Source: Seison nebaliae (lineage: Eukaryota). Taken from it: a stretch of DNA of 64,000 nt. Positions within the stretch are counted from its first letter, which is position 1. Every line of letters starts with the position of its first letter. Location of the stretch: NCBI GenBank assembly GCA_023231475.1, contig JALJEE010003013.1, forward strand, positions 1 through 64,000, written 5' to 3'. Below, in pieces: positions 28,844 to 41,588 of this stretch. Made by a program: the position numbers and the translations under genes. Under the pieces are notes generated by a model that saw nothing but the letters and a program-made list of their open reading frames with translations, was not told the DNA's origin and made no database searches.

Positions 28844-31800
28844 GAATGTTTGGGTGAAAGGAAAAAATTACTTGTTGAATAATTTCTTCTGGTACCTAAA
28901 TGGTGTTAGAATGAAATTGAATTAGTGCGGTTAGAATTACATCATTATTATTCGTTGGACATGATCGTTAATTCTACAATTCTTCTTTTTTTCCTTCTAA
29001 TTTCAACATAATTTCTTCATGCTCAAATTTACTTCCCTCCCTACTACTCTCTCTCCCACATTCAATTGAGACAATAGTAAAAATTATCACAATTAACGAG
29101 AGAAATTATTCAAATTAATCTTCATATTATCATTGTCGTTTCATTCTTCATATTATCGCTCTTCCATCATGTGAATGAGAAGGATTTACATAAGAATAAA
29201 TATGGAAATTTCCAAAACTGTTTTCAGTTGTCTATTCGCAATTTGACGTTTCGATAATAATTTCGAGCAACTCCTTCACAAATTTAATTGAATCAATTTC
29301 CAAACCTTCTAAATTTCCTCTCAATCATTTAGTCGAAATGAAATTGTTTAATTATTTGAAGCCCTAAGAAAATTGAAGGAGGGTGAGTCAGTAATTCTCA
29401 GAGGAATTGAAAGGAAAATCATATTTTTTTCCATTTTATTTCAACTGTAAAGAATTCGTATAATACAACTACTTTATTGGTAGGAGAACGATAAAATGAA
29501 TGAGAATGTTCTTTTAATAACAGATAATTTATTGGGAAATCATTTCAGAAGTTGTTACTTTCTTTTAGGAAGAAAACCGAAAAATTTTCGTTTGTGTTTC
29601 CATAAAAATCTGAGGGGTGATAATCGATCCGAATAGTGTTGAGCCGAATGGTCACTGATTGTTGTGGAGGGTGAATGAGAGAAGAGTTGTTTAGGAAACA
29701 ACATTCTTACAATTATCAATATTCCTATTAATATAATTACATTTGATTATGGATTTTGATAAATAAGTTCTTTTGATCTATCCGAATTCCATCATCAAAT
29801 GGAACGATATATCGACCATTATTATTAGCAACACTTCCGTTTGTTCGGTGTTGGATGGATGGAGGGGATGATGGATGAATGATTAGATGAATCATTTTTC
29901 TCTTGTCTCTTCTAATTCTTTTCTTCGTTCAAAAGGAGATTCCCCCTCACTTTTGTTCGACAATATTCCGTTGCCATTCATTCTTCCTGACAATAATTGT
30001 TCGATTGTTCATATTAGTTAATTGCTTTTGTTTACTTTTCCCTCATTATCAATCGAATTCTCATGTTGTCTAATAATCAATTGATTCAATTAAACAAAAG
30101 AACATTCTGTGTCAAATGAGAACGATTTGATTCTTTTACAAGTTTTTTTTCTGAAATTTCATTTTTTCAAATAAACAAAATAATTTCACATTTTCATATT
30201 CAAGTGACATCCATCCAATGGTAGAAATTGATTGGTATAAAAATTCATATCTTCCTAAAAATTTTCAGGTGAATGAAATGGAACAATATTCACTCCCAAC
30301 AGGAAGTGTGTGATGGAGAAAATTGTTTTATTAAATATTTCCATGATTTCTCTCAATTCATCACTCTAATTGTTCTTTCGACCTCTTTCACTCTTTCCAT
30401 TATAAAGAGATGGGAAATGTGTCGATACCTTTTCCTTATTATCGTTTCGACTTCAACATTCAACACAACTCTTATGTGGTATGTGGCGAACAGATGGTAA
30501 TTGGTTATTTCGATCGCTCTTACTCTTTTAAAATTTACAATTAACTTTCATGTAGGCACTCTCCGTTAATTCGCGTTGCTCATATCAGAAATGGCAGAAA
30601 CTGTTACCATGTGCAAAAACCATTTATTATTAACAATCCGCCATTTCTTTTCCCATCTCTCAGATACTGAGTTTATTAGGGATAGAACTTGTCAACCGTT
30701 CTAACCCTAATACGAACCGACTAACGTAATATAATGACCTCAATTGGACGTGATTCTGATAACGGAAATATTCTATGTTGATGGAATATATTATATAAGA
30801 CAAGAAAAAAGTCATGCCTATTTTTTTAAGGATAATTAAAGTATTTTCTAATTTTATTTTGATATAATCATTTGTCCTTTTCTCATCATTTGATAGTGGG
30901 AAATATGGGAATTATTTATATCTTCGTAATTTAGTTGTCAAGTTCGGGAAATCTCCTTTCCAATCTCTTGAATGAGTAGTATTAATTGGGAGAAAAATAT
31001 CATTTTCAATATAGTCCATTTGCATGAATGTTTGTGGAATATTGACCGATATAATCGGTCGGACGAAAGAACGACATTAGTTGAAGGATAAGATTGATGT
31101 ATTAACTTGTATTGTTAGTATTTATTTGTTAGTTGTGGCGTTGATAAGAGAAGAAAGGTACTAAATTATACAAAATCCTTGACGAGTATTAGTTGCGAGG
31201 AAAGACGTCTTCTCATTCTCTCTCGTGTATCAGTCACGAAAGATATTATTAGATATTAAGAATGAAGTCAATAAACGATTATATTTCATTACATTTCATT
31301 ATCGATTATTATATTAGAGATTTCTCCATTGTCTTCCTGTTTCTGTTCGACGATGGATGAGTTGTTTAGAGACGAATGTCTAACTACCTTTATACTTTCG
31401 ACATCGAACACGTTGATCTCATCGATCATTATAATTTGTTGGTTGTCGACGGTTTCCTTCTCATCATTTTCATAATTCTCTGGTTTCCATACCTTTCCTC
31501 ATCCCGCCCAATATATGCCTTTCTGTTTTCCGTCTATTTTTTCTGGCAGATAATTCAAATTGATCTTATTTCCCTTCATTTACGATGAGAACAATCGACA
31601 CGTAAGAATAAGAAGCTAGAATTGAAAAGGAAGAGATCGTATGTTCGAAAGAGAAAGGAAAAATAATTGGAAATGTGACAACAACTAAACTTTGAGCTAA
31701 ACTTATTCCCCCTTCCACCAAACTTACGACGACTAACCTCATTTTCGATACAAAAATGAAAAAATTATCTATTCATATTCAATCCAGATCGAATAATTTG

Positions 31801-34800
31801 ATGTTTGTTTATCGATTACTATCTCATTATTCTCCACACCGAATAATCGGATGTATTGGATATCATAATTTATTACTCGTTTCTCCTTTCTAGTTCCAGT
31901 TAAACATTATTAAGATACCACCATCTTTCATCTCATATGTTCTCATTATCTCCAACCATCGTTGAACCGTTGAACCTCATAGAATCTCTCGTCCATGAGA
32001 GATGATATGGTAACTCTTTCAATGTTCATAGTTCCATTTATAACATCATTATAGTTTTCTGAAGTCGATTCATTTTCTAATGACAGTTTGGCTCCATTCT
32101 TTATAATACTTTCCTCCTTTACTAAAGGACCTTTAGTGAGATTTTATTAAAATTGAAAAACAAATATTTATCCGGGTCGAGATGGAAGGTGGATAACATT
32201 ACCACAACTTTACCAAAGTCACAGAACTATCCATGAAACCTTGGTTTATCATCTCAATGGGAATTTCTAAAAGTATCATCAAATCGATCGAAGTGTGAGA
32301 ATATCTCAAACTTTTTCATAATATCATCACCGAATTCCACAACTCTCGAGTATTATAAAGGCAGACAACGTCTCAGTTACAAAGATGATGGAACATGATG
32401 AAGAGAACACTCTAAAGGAAAGTTGAGAAGTAAAATGACCAAAAATAATTTCCTCGACTTTTTTGTATTGAGAGAAATGTTTGTAGGACATTTTCTTTTT
32501 GAAGTTTTTTCTTCGATTAACGTGCTAGTTAGAAGAAGCGTTACGTGTCGTTACATTTATGAGAAAGACAAATTGTTGGTGTTAATTAATAGAAGTTTCT
32601 TCGCAGGTTTTACGCTCCGAAAGTAAACTATCTACTACATAGTATGTAGTTATTCTTATGAATTGTCGGGAATTTGACACGTTGAATCCAGCTGAATGTA
32701 AAATTTCTGTAGTTTGTTGATCGTAGTAAATTGTTTATTATGTGAAATGGTTTGATTGCACAGCTTTCATTCGATAACCATTAAAAGAGGATGGAAAAGC
32801 TAGGAAGGGAAAGAAATTTTATATGTGAACGATAATTTGTTTCAAGGTATTCGTAGTCAGTTCTCTAATATTTTCACTAAATCATATTTGCCTTTCTTTT
32901 TATTTTGTTAACTTTCTCATTTCCACCTGATATATTGAAAGTTTTAACCAAAAACATTTTATTTTTTTCAAGGTTTCCATCACTTTATATAATTTTCGCT
33001 GATTAATTCACTTTACTATGTATAATTATTTCATTCTTTCAACCGATTATCATATTCACTTTTTAATGATTTCCCTTCGATTCTTCAATGTTTCCCCACT
33101 TTCTTCTATAAAACATAATAACAATCCTCATTTGGTGTTAATGGGAACCAATTAACGTGAATCCAACTAAATCGTTTTGTTTTTCTGAATTACCTCCAAC
33201 TTCCTGATAATGAACATTTAAATATTATTATTGAGGTAAAACTTCTTTTAGTTCGAAACTTAATTCGAAAAACTTTCTTTTATGTGTTTAACAAATTCGG
33301 AGTAATTCGAAACTTTCATCGTCGAATTGAGAAAAAAAACCATCAAAACGCCAACAGTATTTACAGACGGTCAATCGAATTATAATTATTTCAATTATTT
33401 AATTATCGAAATAACTTAATCAAGTTATTATTCGAAAAAATTATTTGACATACGTTAATTTATGAAACTGATAAATTTGAACATGTCCGTTGTGAGTAAT
33501 GGACATGTTATTGGACATTGCATAAAAGTTCATGGAATTAATTGTTGTTAGAGAAGAGTTTGATGAAAAGAAATTAACTGATAAATATTGCTCTATTTGC
33601 AGATACATTCTATTCCATCGGATGGAAATCGTCTTTTTCAGAATGATAATTATCGTTTGAATATTCTTCTCATGTTTTCGGATGGTGGGGATGTAGAAAC
33701 TACATCCTACAGATGGTATCTAGTGTTGGTGGAACGTGTCAGAAGGAAATCCGTCTACATTTCTCCTACGTATTCTATTTCTCCAATACATAGAACTTAA
33801 TCATTAACTTTTAATGTGTTGACAACCGATATATAGAACTGTTAAATAATTGAGATACAACTCTAATTCATTGAGTTGTTTTTGATGAACAGAAAATATT
33901 TTTATATTCGTACAAGGCAGCAGATTATGATTGTGAATGATGAGAATCTTCTTGTTTATTTTCATCGGAATTCCTTACTTTTTCTCCTTGTCTGATGAGT
34001 GAAAGTTGAAAATAGAATTCATACAAATATGCCTTTGTGTTTAGGAGAAAGTTAAGAAAAAGATAGAGATATTTTGGGACAATTACTCGATTACCACTTT
34101 CGAAAAACGAGTAATGTTCTAGAATTCTTCTCGTTCATTTATCATTCGATGACAATGCATGATGGATTCTTTGAGAGAAAAGACAGGTATAATTTCCCCA
34201 AAATTTTTGAGCGAACGGAAATCGTTGTAATGAAATTGTAGTTGGGAGGTGTGGTCGATTGGACCACATTCCGCACATTGAAGTCTCAAATTCGAACAAA
34301 TTATTAGTTTCGGATAAACAATTTGAGAAAATAATTATTCGTCGTTCTAATAAGAATAATTTGGGATAATTTTTACTTTCTTATTGTTACTCTTCGTCTC
34401 CCACCAACTAAATGTTCTTTAAAAGTTAGTGTTGTTTATTCTGAAAATAGAATGTTTGGGAAAGTGTGTTGCGAGATGTTAGGAATAGTTTCCATTATAA
34501 AGATTTCGGCCAACGGCCATTCACTTCAACTTATTATTGGCTTCAAATACTTTCCCCCACTCCACTAACTGTCCTTAATGTTAAGTGGAGAATTTATGGA
34601 ATTCACTGATAACATTCCGTTTTTTACATTTAATCATTACTCGTTAGAGATTTGTGACCGCATTATAAATCTCGAAAATTTGACGGCGAGATGACGATAT
34701 TTTGAACAAACGACTATTCTTAAACGAACATGTCACCCGAGAAATATCTTGTTCATTTTTTTTGTCTCACTCTGTTCGACAAAAAGAAAGCAGATCTCTT

Positions 34801-36825
34801 AGTTATTTCACGAACAGATATTAAGATTAGGATACCCTTTTAATTATAACAAATTAAGGAACTTTACTTTTAATTTTAAGGAGACCAAGTGGCTATTTTA
34901 TCGACTATTTCACTCAATCAATTCATGGGAGAAATAGAATAATTAGATAGTTATCAATTGTCCCACAACTATGATTAAATAAATCGAATATTTTTAATCA
35001 AGAAAACTTTTCCTTTTGCATAACGAAACATTTCATTAGACGTATCTCGTTTAATAAATCGTTCAAATATCAGTCTCTCCTTCTCCGGAAGATTTCACGG
35101 AGTAAAATTTATAATTGGACATGTTATTAAAAAAATCTTATTGCTTTTCTCATATTTTACGTAAATGTGATAATGATAATGATGAAATAGATATTAAGGT
35201 TATATGATGACCAAAAGGAGAATTAATAAAAATTTCCGATTATTTCTTTCAAAACTTTTCCGTAATTTTAAGTTACGTAAAAGATACAATAGTGTAAATG
35301 TTCCTCAATTTTATACCATTAATACGCAAAAGGATCCATTGGGAAAACATTTAGATGGAATTTCAAATCTTATCACCGTTTTCTTTTGAAATTTGTCAAA
35401 ATTACACAATTTAATCTTGTTTATTCTTATTTGTATTATGTAATTATTATCGTATTTTTGATTTACGTGATTGTTTCCCTGATATTGTGCTCACAATTTT
35501 TATCTTCCAAATGGAAGAAGTGTCGTCATATATAACCTTGGATTAATTGAAGAATCTAGTGGAAAATTACTTCGATGTTATCAATATGTAATGTTAACAA
35601 CAAATTGAAAGGTGTCCTGTGACTGTCTGTGGCGATGATACAGAACGATAGGATTTGTAACTAGATCCACTAGTTTGATCATTGTAATCAGTTGATCAAC
35701 TAGATCAACTCAAAGTTTGTAACCAAATTCCATAAGATGCACCTTTAAAGATTCACATATCGCTATGAGAAAAATTGCATTTTTTTTTCATTGTACATTT
35801 TCACATCTGCTGTGGAAACTTAAAAATCACATTTCAATATTCGTCAGAAAATCGAACATTCTCAACTAAATTCCAACAATAAGATATTTTATAAGAAGAA
35901 ATAAGACATAAGACAATCGAACATAAAGTGCAATTGTAAATCGGAAAAGATAATATTATGAAGGACATTCTTCACTGAACTATAGAGAAAAGTATATGGT
36001 AACAGAAATAAATGATGAGAAACCTTAAAAATATTGCCAATATTTTCTATTTTCTCTTATTCTAATTTGAATCACACTAAAATTATTGTGCAAATAAAAT
36101 TCTTTTTACGAATTGTCAGATTTCAAATTATTTCAAGCAATTGTCCAATAGTCGAATTGTATTTGTTTTCGACGATTGTTTGTCCCAATTGAATATTCCC
36201 AACACATTCTCTTCCTATTCTGGTTCGTATGAAAATATGTGGTAATTATTAAGTTAGTTGGAGAGTATAAACGTCTCAGTTTATTGGGAGTTCTCCCTCT
36301 TATTCTCCTTTTCAAATAATTGTTTTAAATGAACATGGAGATGGCTATTTTTCCCAATGTTCAGAGAAGAAACTATTTTGTGACGAGTGTTGGTAACACA
36401 CCTCATTGCTTATCAATAACTTCTCGCTATTGAAATGAGAGGTTGATTATTTATCAATAGTAATTGATTGGTATCTCCAAACGTTTCATTCATTAAATTG
36501 AACGATGTACGAAAGTCTGTATATGGGGAGTCTAGGACGTTCAAGTTATTTTGAATTGTGATCCATTTTTATCGATCAAGATCGATACATGAAAGATCAT
36601 AAAACTCAGAGATCCAATGGCTCAAAAGTCCGTCTCCTCGTTGAAACAATTCAACTACATTCGAATGAGAAGAGATTCTAATCTTTCACTCAATATTCAT
36701 ATGAAAGAAATTTCTATTCATAATTGCTGATCATAATTTTTATGAAATCACTTTTCATTTTCATTTTAAATTTTCTTTAGATTTCCATTCTCAGATTGAG
36801 TTGTTAAAGAGAGAAAGAAGGAAAA

Positions 36826-39800
36826 ATGATCAACATTATGCAACTCCATACGGAACAATCAACATCAAACGGTAATGAATCACATCGAAGACATTCCCAA
36901 TCGAGTGGAGATACCGAAGAAAAATCATCAAACCACAGCAGTGATGACGGTGGATTAATAAATGAGAATTTTTTGGACGACCGAAAAAATGAGAAAACGG
37001 AATTGATGGATGGAATGAGTGAGTATTCTGGAACTAAGAATGGAAGTATTACCAGTGAAGATTCCTCCACGAACGATCAACAGTTCGACAATGGACATAA
37101 TGGAACATTGTCATCGAAGAAGAAAGGTGATGTTATGTCGATGAATTCAGATCAGGAATATTCGGAGAAAACGAATTTTTATCCTTCTGATTCCGATTCA
37201 TCATCATTTCGATCTTCCCCCTTCTCCACCATCAAAACGTCAAAACGTGATGAAATTCGAGCATTGAGAACTCATTATAAGATCAAGAACCAAATGAGAA
37301 ATTCCCCACGAATTAAGCACGATAGTGATTCGATCGATCCAATTCCTGCAGTGACGAAAGAGAAGAATAATTTCCAGGATCTGGATATTCCCGCTTATTC
37401 GTTGAACATCGACGATTATTCAATAGAGAATGTGAATGAGACATACGAATGCCTGAAGAGTAAACAACGATCGTCATTTGGTGAGAAAAGATTATCACCA
37501 TATTTTGATTTTCATAATCGAACTAATTCTCAATTGTCCACCACTTCCACCTTATTGGCACCGACGAAAATTTCAGAATCTCTCAAACTGTCCAATCAAC
37601 CAACGTTCGAACTGTCCGTAACAACTTCCAATTGTCAATCGAATATGTCGAAACCGATTTCTTCTTTAACCAATTCAGCCATTAAATCTACATCATTATC
37701 ATCATTGACATCATCTACTTCATCGCTTTGTACGCAACCAAATTCTTTCCAAACGAATCATCCTCATTTGAAGAGTGATACGAAATGTCTATTGAAATCA
37801 GCATCAATGATAAGTAACACGAATAATAATCGTTCGAGGATTAATAAGAAATCCTCGTCAACTTCCTCCACGACAACAACAGCAACAACAACGACGATGG
37901 GCAACAATGTGAAGAGAGGTAATAATCCGAAATTAATGAATCGTAATTATGGGAGATCGGAGAAATTGGAGAAACGTCGATTAACGAACGAGAAGATTGA
38001 GAGTCGGAAAATGACGAAACATAAAACGAATGAAACGACGAACAATATAACAAGTCGAACGAATAAGAATAAGACGACGAGCAATAGTCCAATTCGTTCG
38101 TTCAACAATCATCGAAGTTCGACGTTAACTAAACATGGGAAACAAGCGTCATTCGCCGTCATGAAACAAAGTTCGACTCCTCCCGTTCTCATCGCCAATA
38201 AAGAGAATAGCAACAGTAACAATTGTGGAAATATCGTGAGGAAGGAGGACATTCTCTCGTATATCGAATGTCCATTGTGTCAGACGACGTTGTCCGATCC
38301 TCGTAATCTGATGTGTGGGCATACGGTGTGTTTGAAGTGTGTGGATGCACTTCGTCGATCGTCCTCCAACAAATTCCATTTATGTCCCGTATGTAACAAG
38401 TCCGTTTATATTGATCGTCCTGATGTCCTCCCAATCAATTTTCTGGTACAAAAAATTCTGAGTATTCCTTATCATCATATCGGTCTCTCCAATATCAATT
38501 GTGAGGAGTGTAAAGATAGTGAGAATGCGGCTTGTACTGAATGTCGTCATTGTAATCGTCGATTATGTCTTAATTGTAAAGTGAAACATTTGGAGGAGAT
38601 ACGAGAGAGTATTGAAGAAGAAATTTCGACTAATATCAATAAACTCGATACATTGACCAGTTGGAATTTATTTATAAAAAATCAATTTTATCTTTCTTTA
38701 GATGAATTGACGAATAATTTAGAGAATGGCGAACGAATGTTGTTGAGCCAAATAAAACACTTACATGAATTGGTTGAGGAGAAGAAAGAATTTATTATGA
38801 ATCATTTCAAACAAATCCGTCATCAAAATATGGAACAGTTATCATCATATAAATATCTAATTATATTTCAACATTTATTTTCAGAATTGACTTGGCCAAA
38901 CAGAAAGTTGACGAGTTGCATCTCATCGATAAATTAAATGAGTTAAAATTAAATTTAAATTTGAAAATTTATTATCATCCTGCTGGTTTAGAGCGAAAGC
39001 GAATGAAGAGAAGTTTGTCGATATTCGTCGAGATCTTTATCAACACAATTCGATAATTAATGGAAATCTTTCATCACTCAATTCAGTTTTATTTAAATTA
39101 TAAAACTAAAAAAAAAATCATAATTTCCATTTCTCTAGTCGAATAAACGAGTGGAACAAATGACAAAACAATTCCATTCGAATATCGAACAATGGATGGA
39201 TCTGATAAACAATTCTCCTCTCGAGAAAGTGGAGAGGGAATTAATTCCGTTACAATTCCAACCGAAACGAATTTGTCGATCGTCGAAATATATTTATATC
39301 TCAACCACCAGAACGGTGAATGTGTTCGATTTAAAATATCAACATCTTTATTGGATCGGAGATCAAGGAAAGGAGCGAGGTCGATTCTTGTCCTGTGGAT
39401 CGATCGATATCAATGGAAATGATCAATTGGTCGCTGTCGATCATGTCCAGAATAAAATATTCATCTTCAATGAAAATGACGATTTAATCAAAACGATTAA
39501 TCAACGAAATGATCGTCATGTTCTATTCCGTCAAATTCAACAGATGAAAGTTGATCAACAATCCAACAACATTTTCATTTTGGACAAAGATCGCAATTCG
39601 TTGAGACGTCTCAATTCGGATGGTGATCAATTGTTTCAGATTGTGATGGATCACAATGAATTGGTGAAATCGTTCGATGTGAAAAAGGAGACGATTTGTC
39701 TAATAACGTCACGTTCTATTCATTTGTATGATATCGATGGAGTGGAGAAGAGATGTATCGAATTCAAATCATTGAAACTATGTCAGAAACCGAAACAAGT

Positions 39801-40047
39801 CTATCTCATTGCAAATGATTCTCTCAATCTTCTCTGTATTTTCGATGGCGACAAACAATTCATTTGTTTCGATTCATTCGCATCCAACTCATCCTTTTCT
39901 ATGAGAATGATACCAACAGCCAATTTCATCGACGGGATTAAATCGACAACTATTCTCTCAGTTTATCAAGACAGTTTATATATCACCGATTTCTCCAAAA
40001 AACAATTCCATCATATTAGAAATTTCGCTCATTTATTCTCCACTTAA
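36826..40047 (+). CDS. TRIM-NHL family protein (long S/T/N-rich N-terminus, RING, B-box, coiled coil, NHL-like beta-propeller), 5 coding exons
   Basis: RING CPLC...CGHTVCLKC...CPVC; B-box CEEC...CTECRHCNRRLCLNCKVKH; NHL-like WIGDQGKERGRFLSCGSIDINGNDQLVAVD; four frame-preserving introns between 38660 and 39138. Confidence 0.85.
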
Positions 40048-40368
40048 CTTCCGTTTACACTCCTCACTCATCATCTTCCCTCACTTCCCCACCTCCAATA
40101 ATCAAATAATTTATTATATTTTATTTCTCCAATTTCAATTGAATTTTATTTAAAAACATCCTTATTTGTAAACACTCTTTCTTATCAATCACAAATCGAA
40201 TGGCATCAAGCGAATATTCAACTATAAATATCTCTCGAGTTTTCTCCGGAAAAAAATTTCATTTTTATCAATCATACTCGGCGGAAAAAAAAGGAGATTT
40301 TAGAAAAGACGCGGAAAATAATGTTGTGTATATAAGTGTGTGTGTGTGTGTGTGTGTGTGGAGGAATT

Positions 40369-41023
40369 TTAAAGTGAAAAATTTCGGAGAAATTCCTCTC
40401 CGCAATTCCTTGATCGTGAATTGAGAGCTAATTTCATTTCGTTTAATTCCTGATCAATATCTTTCATAAAATCGATTACAAAATCAATAATTTTATCTTT
40501 ATACATTTGCTCCATGTGCAGGTTGGTGATGAGGAAACTGATATCATAATTTTCGATGGGCGTCCGTCGAAGAATGAGAAATCGTTCTGCTCGTCGTGTC
40601 AGAAAGTTCATAAACTTCTTACACAACAATTTCTCGATATCATCACTCTGGAAGAGGAATGAAATGAAATGACGATTAGAAAATGGAACTTGTTTTATAT
40701 TGATTGATACTCGAATCGAATTTACCGATGGTTCGATGAGAACTTTTTCATTTTTATTCTTATTAATGATAACAGGTGTCAATAATAATTCTGGTGATGA
40801 ACTAACGAAAATGAATAATAATGGTGATGATAATGATGATAATGAAAATTGAACCCATCTTCGATTTCTGGTTTATTATATCGTTCGACTACTTGTGATT
40901 CGAAGTTGGCGATACAGAGAGCAGCCTCCAAGGTATGACGAACAGCTTCTCGATATTTCTGTCCGGAATCGGCCTAAAAATGGTCGATGAGAATAGAACT
41001 GTCTGGGAAAGTCGTTTAACCAT
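40369..41023 (-). CDS. ARPC4: Actin-related protein 2/3 complex subunit 4, 4 exons (first coding exon is the ATG only)
   Basis: [75 protein letters not shown]; an intron directly after the ATG, as in vertebrate ARPC4. Confidence 0.97.
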
Positions 41024-41588
41024 TTAACTTGAGTATCTGAAGGAGAAATATATACAAAAAAAAGAAAGAATTCTTTAGAAATGAAGAGAAATGAAGAGAA
41101 ATTAAGAGAAAATTTATTTATTTCATTTACATCAAAAATTTACGAAATTCATCATTGTTCATGTGATAAAGTTTATCGTCTCTCTCTTTCTTTTTCTCTC
41201 TCTCTCTCTTTCTCCATAGTCGAAATGACATCGATGTGTGTGGACCATTGAAGAGACGGGGAAAAGGACTATTATCTCCTCCCGTCAACACACAGAAATT
41301 AATGAGAATGAACTAAAATTTTCAAATGAATTTTTCATCAACATTAAAATATTGAGCGGATTTGAAAAGAATTTGGTGGTGAAACTTTTTTCTTAATTTA
41401 ATTAACTTTCTTAAAATTATTTTCTTAAAAGAGAACGCGAAAGGGAAGAAACTTATTATAAATAAGTGACGACTTATTGGAAAGATGAAAAACTTGTAAT
41501 TTTCATGAAAAAGGAGAATTGATTATTTCCTTCCATTTCCATCGAAATGATAATCGATGTTTATCAATGTTTGATTGCACATTTCAAT

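Noticed and set aside
35650..35725. Short TAGATC(A/C)AC repeats and a GTTGATCAAC palindrome
   Set aside because: Too short and irregular; no CRISPR-like or satellite periodicity
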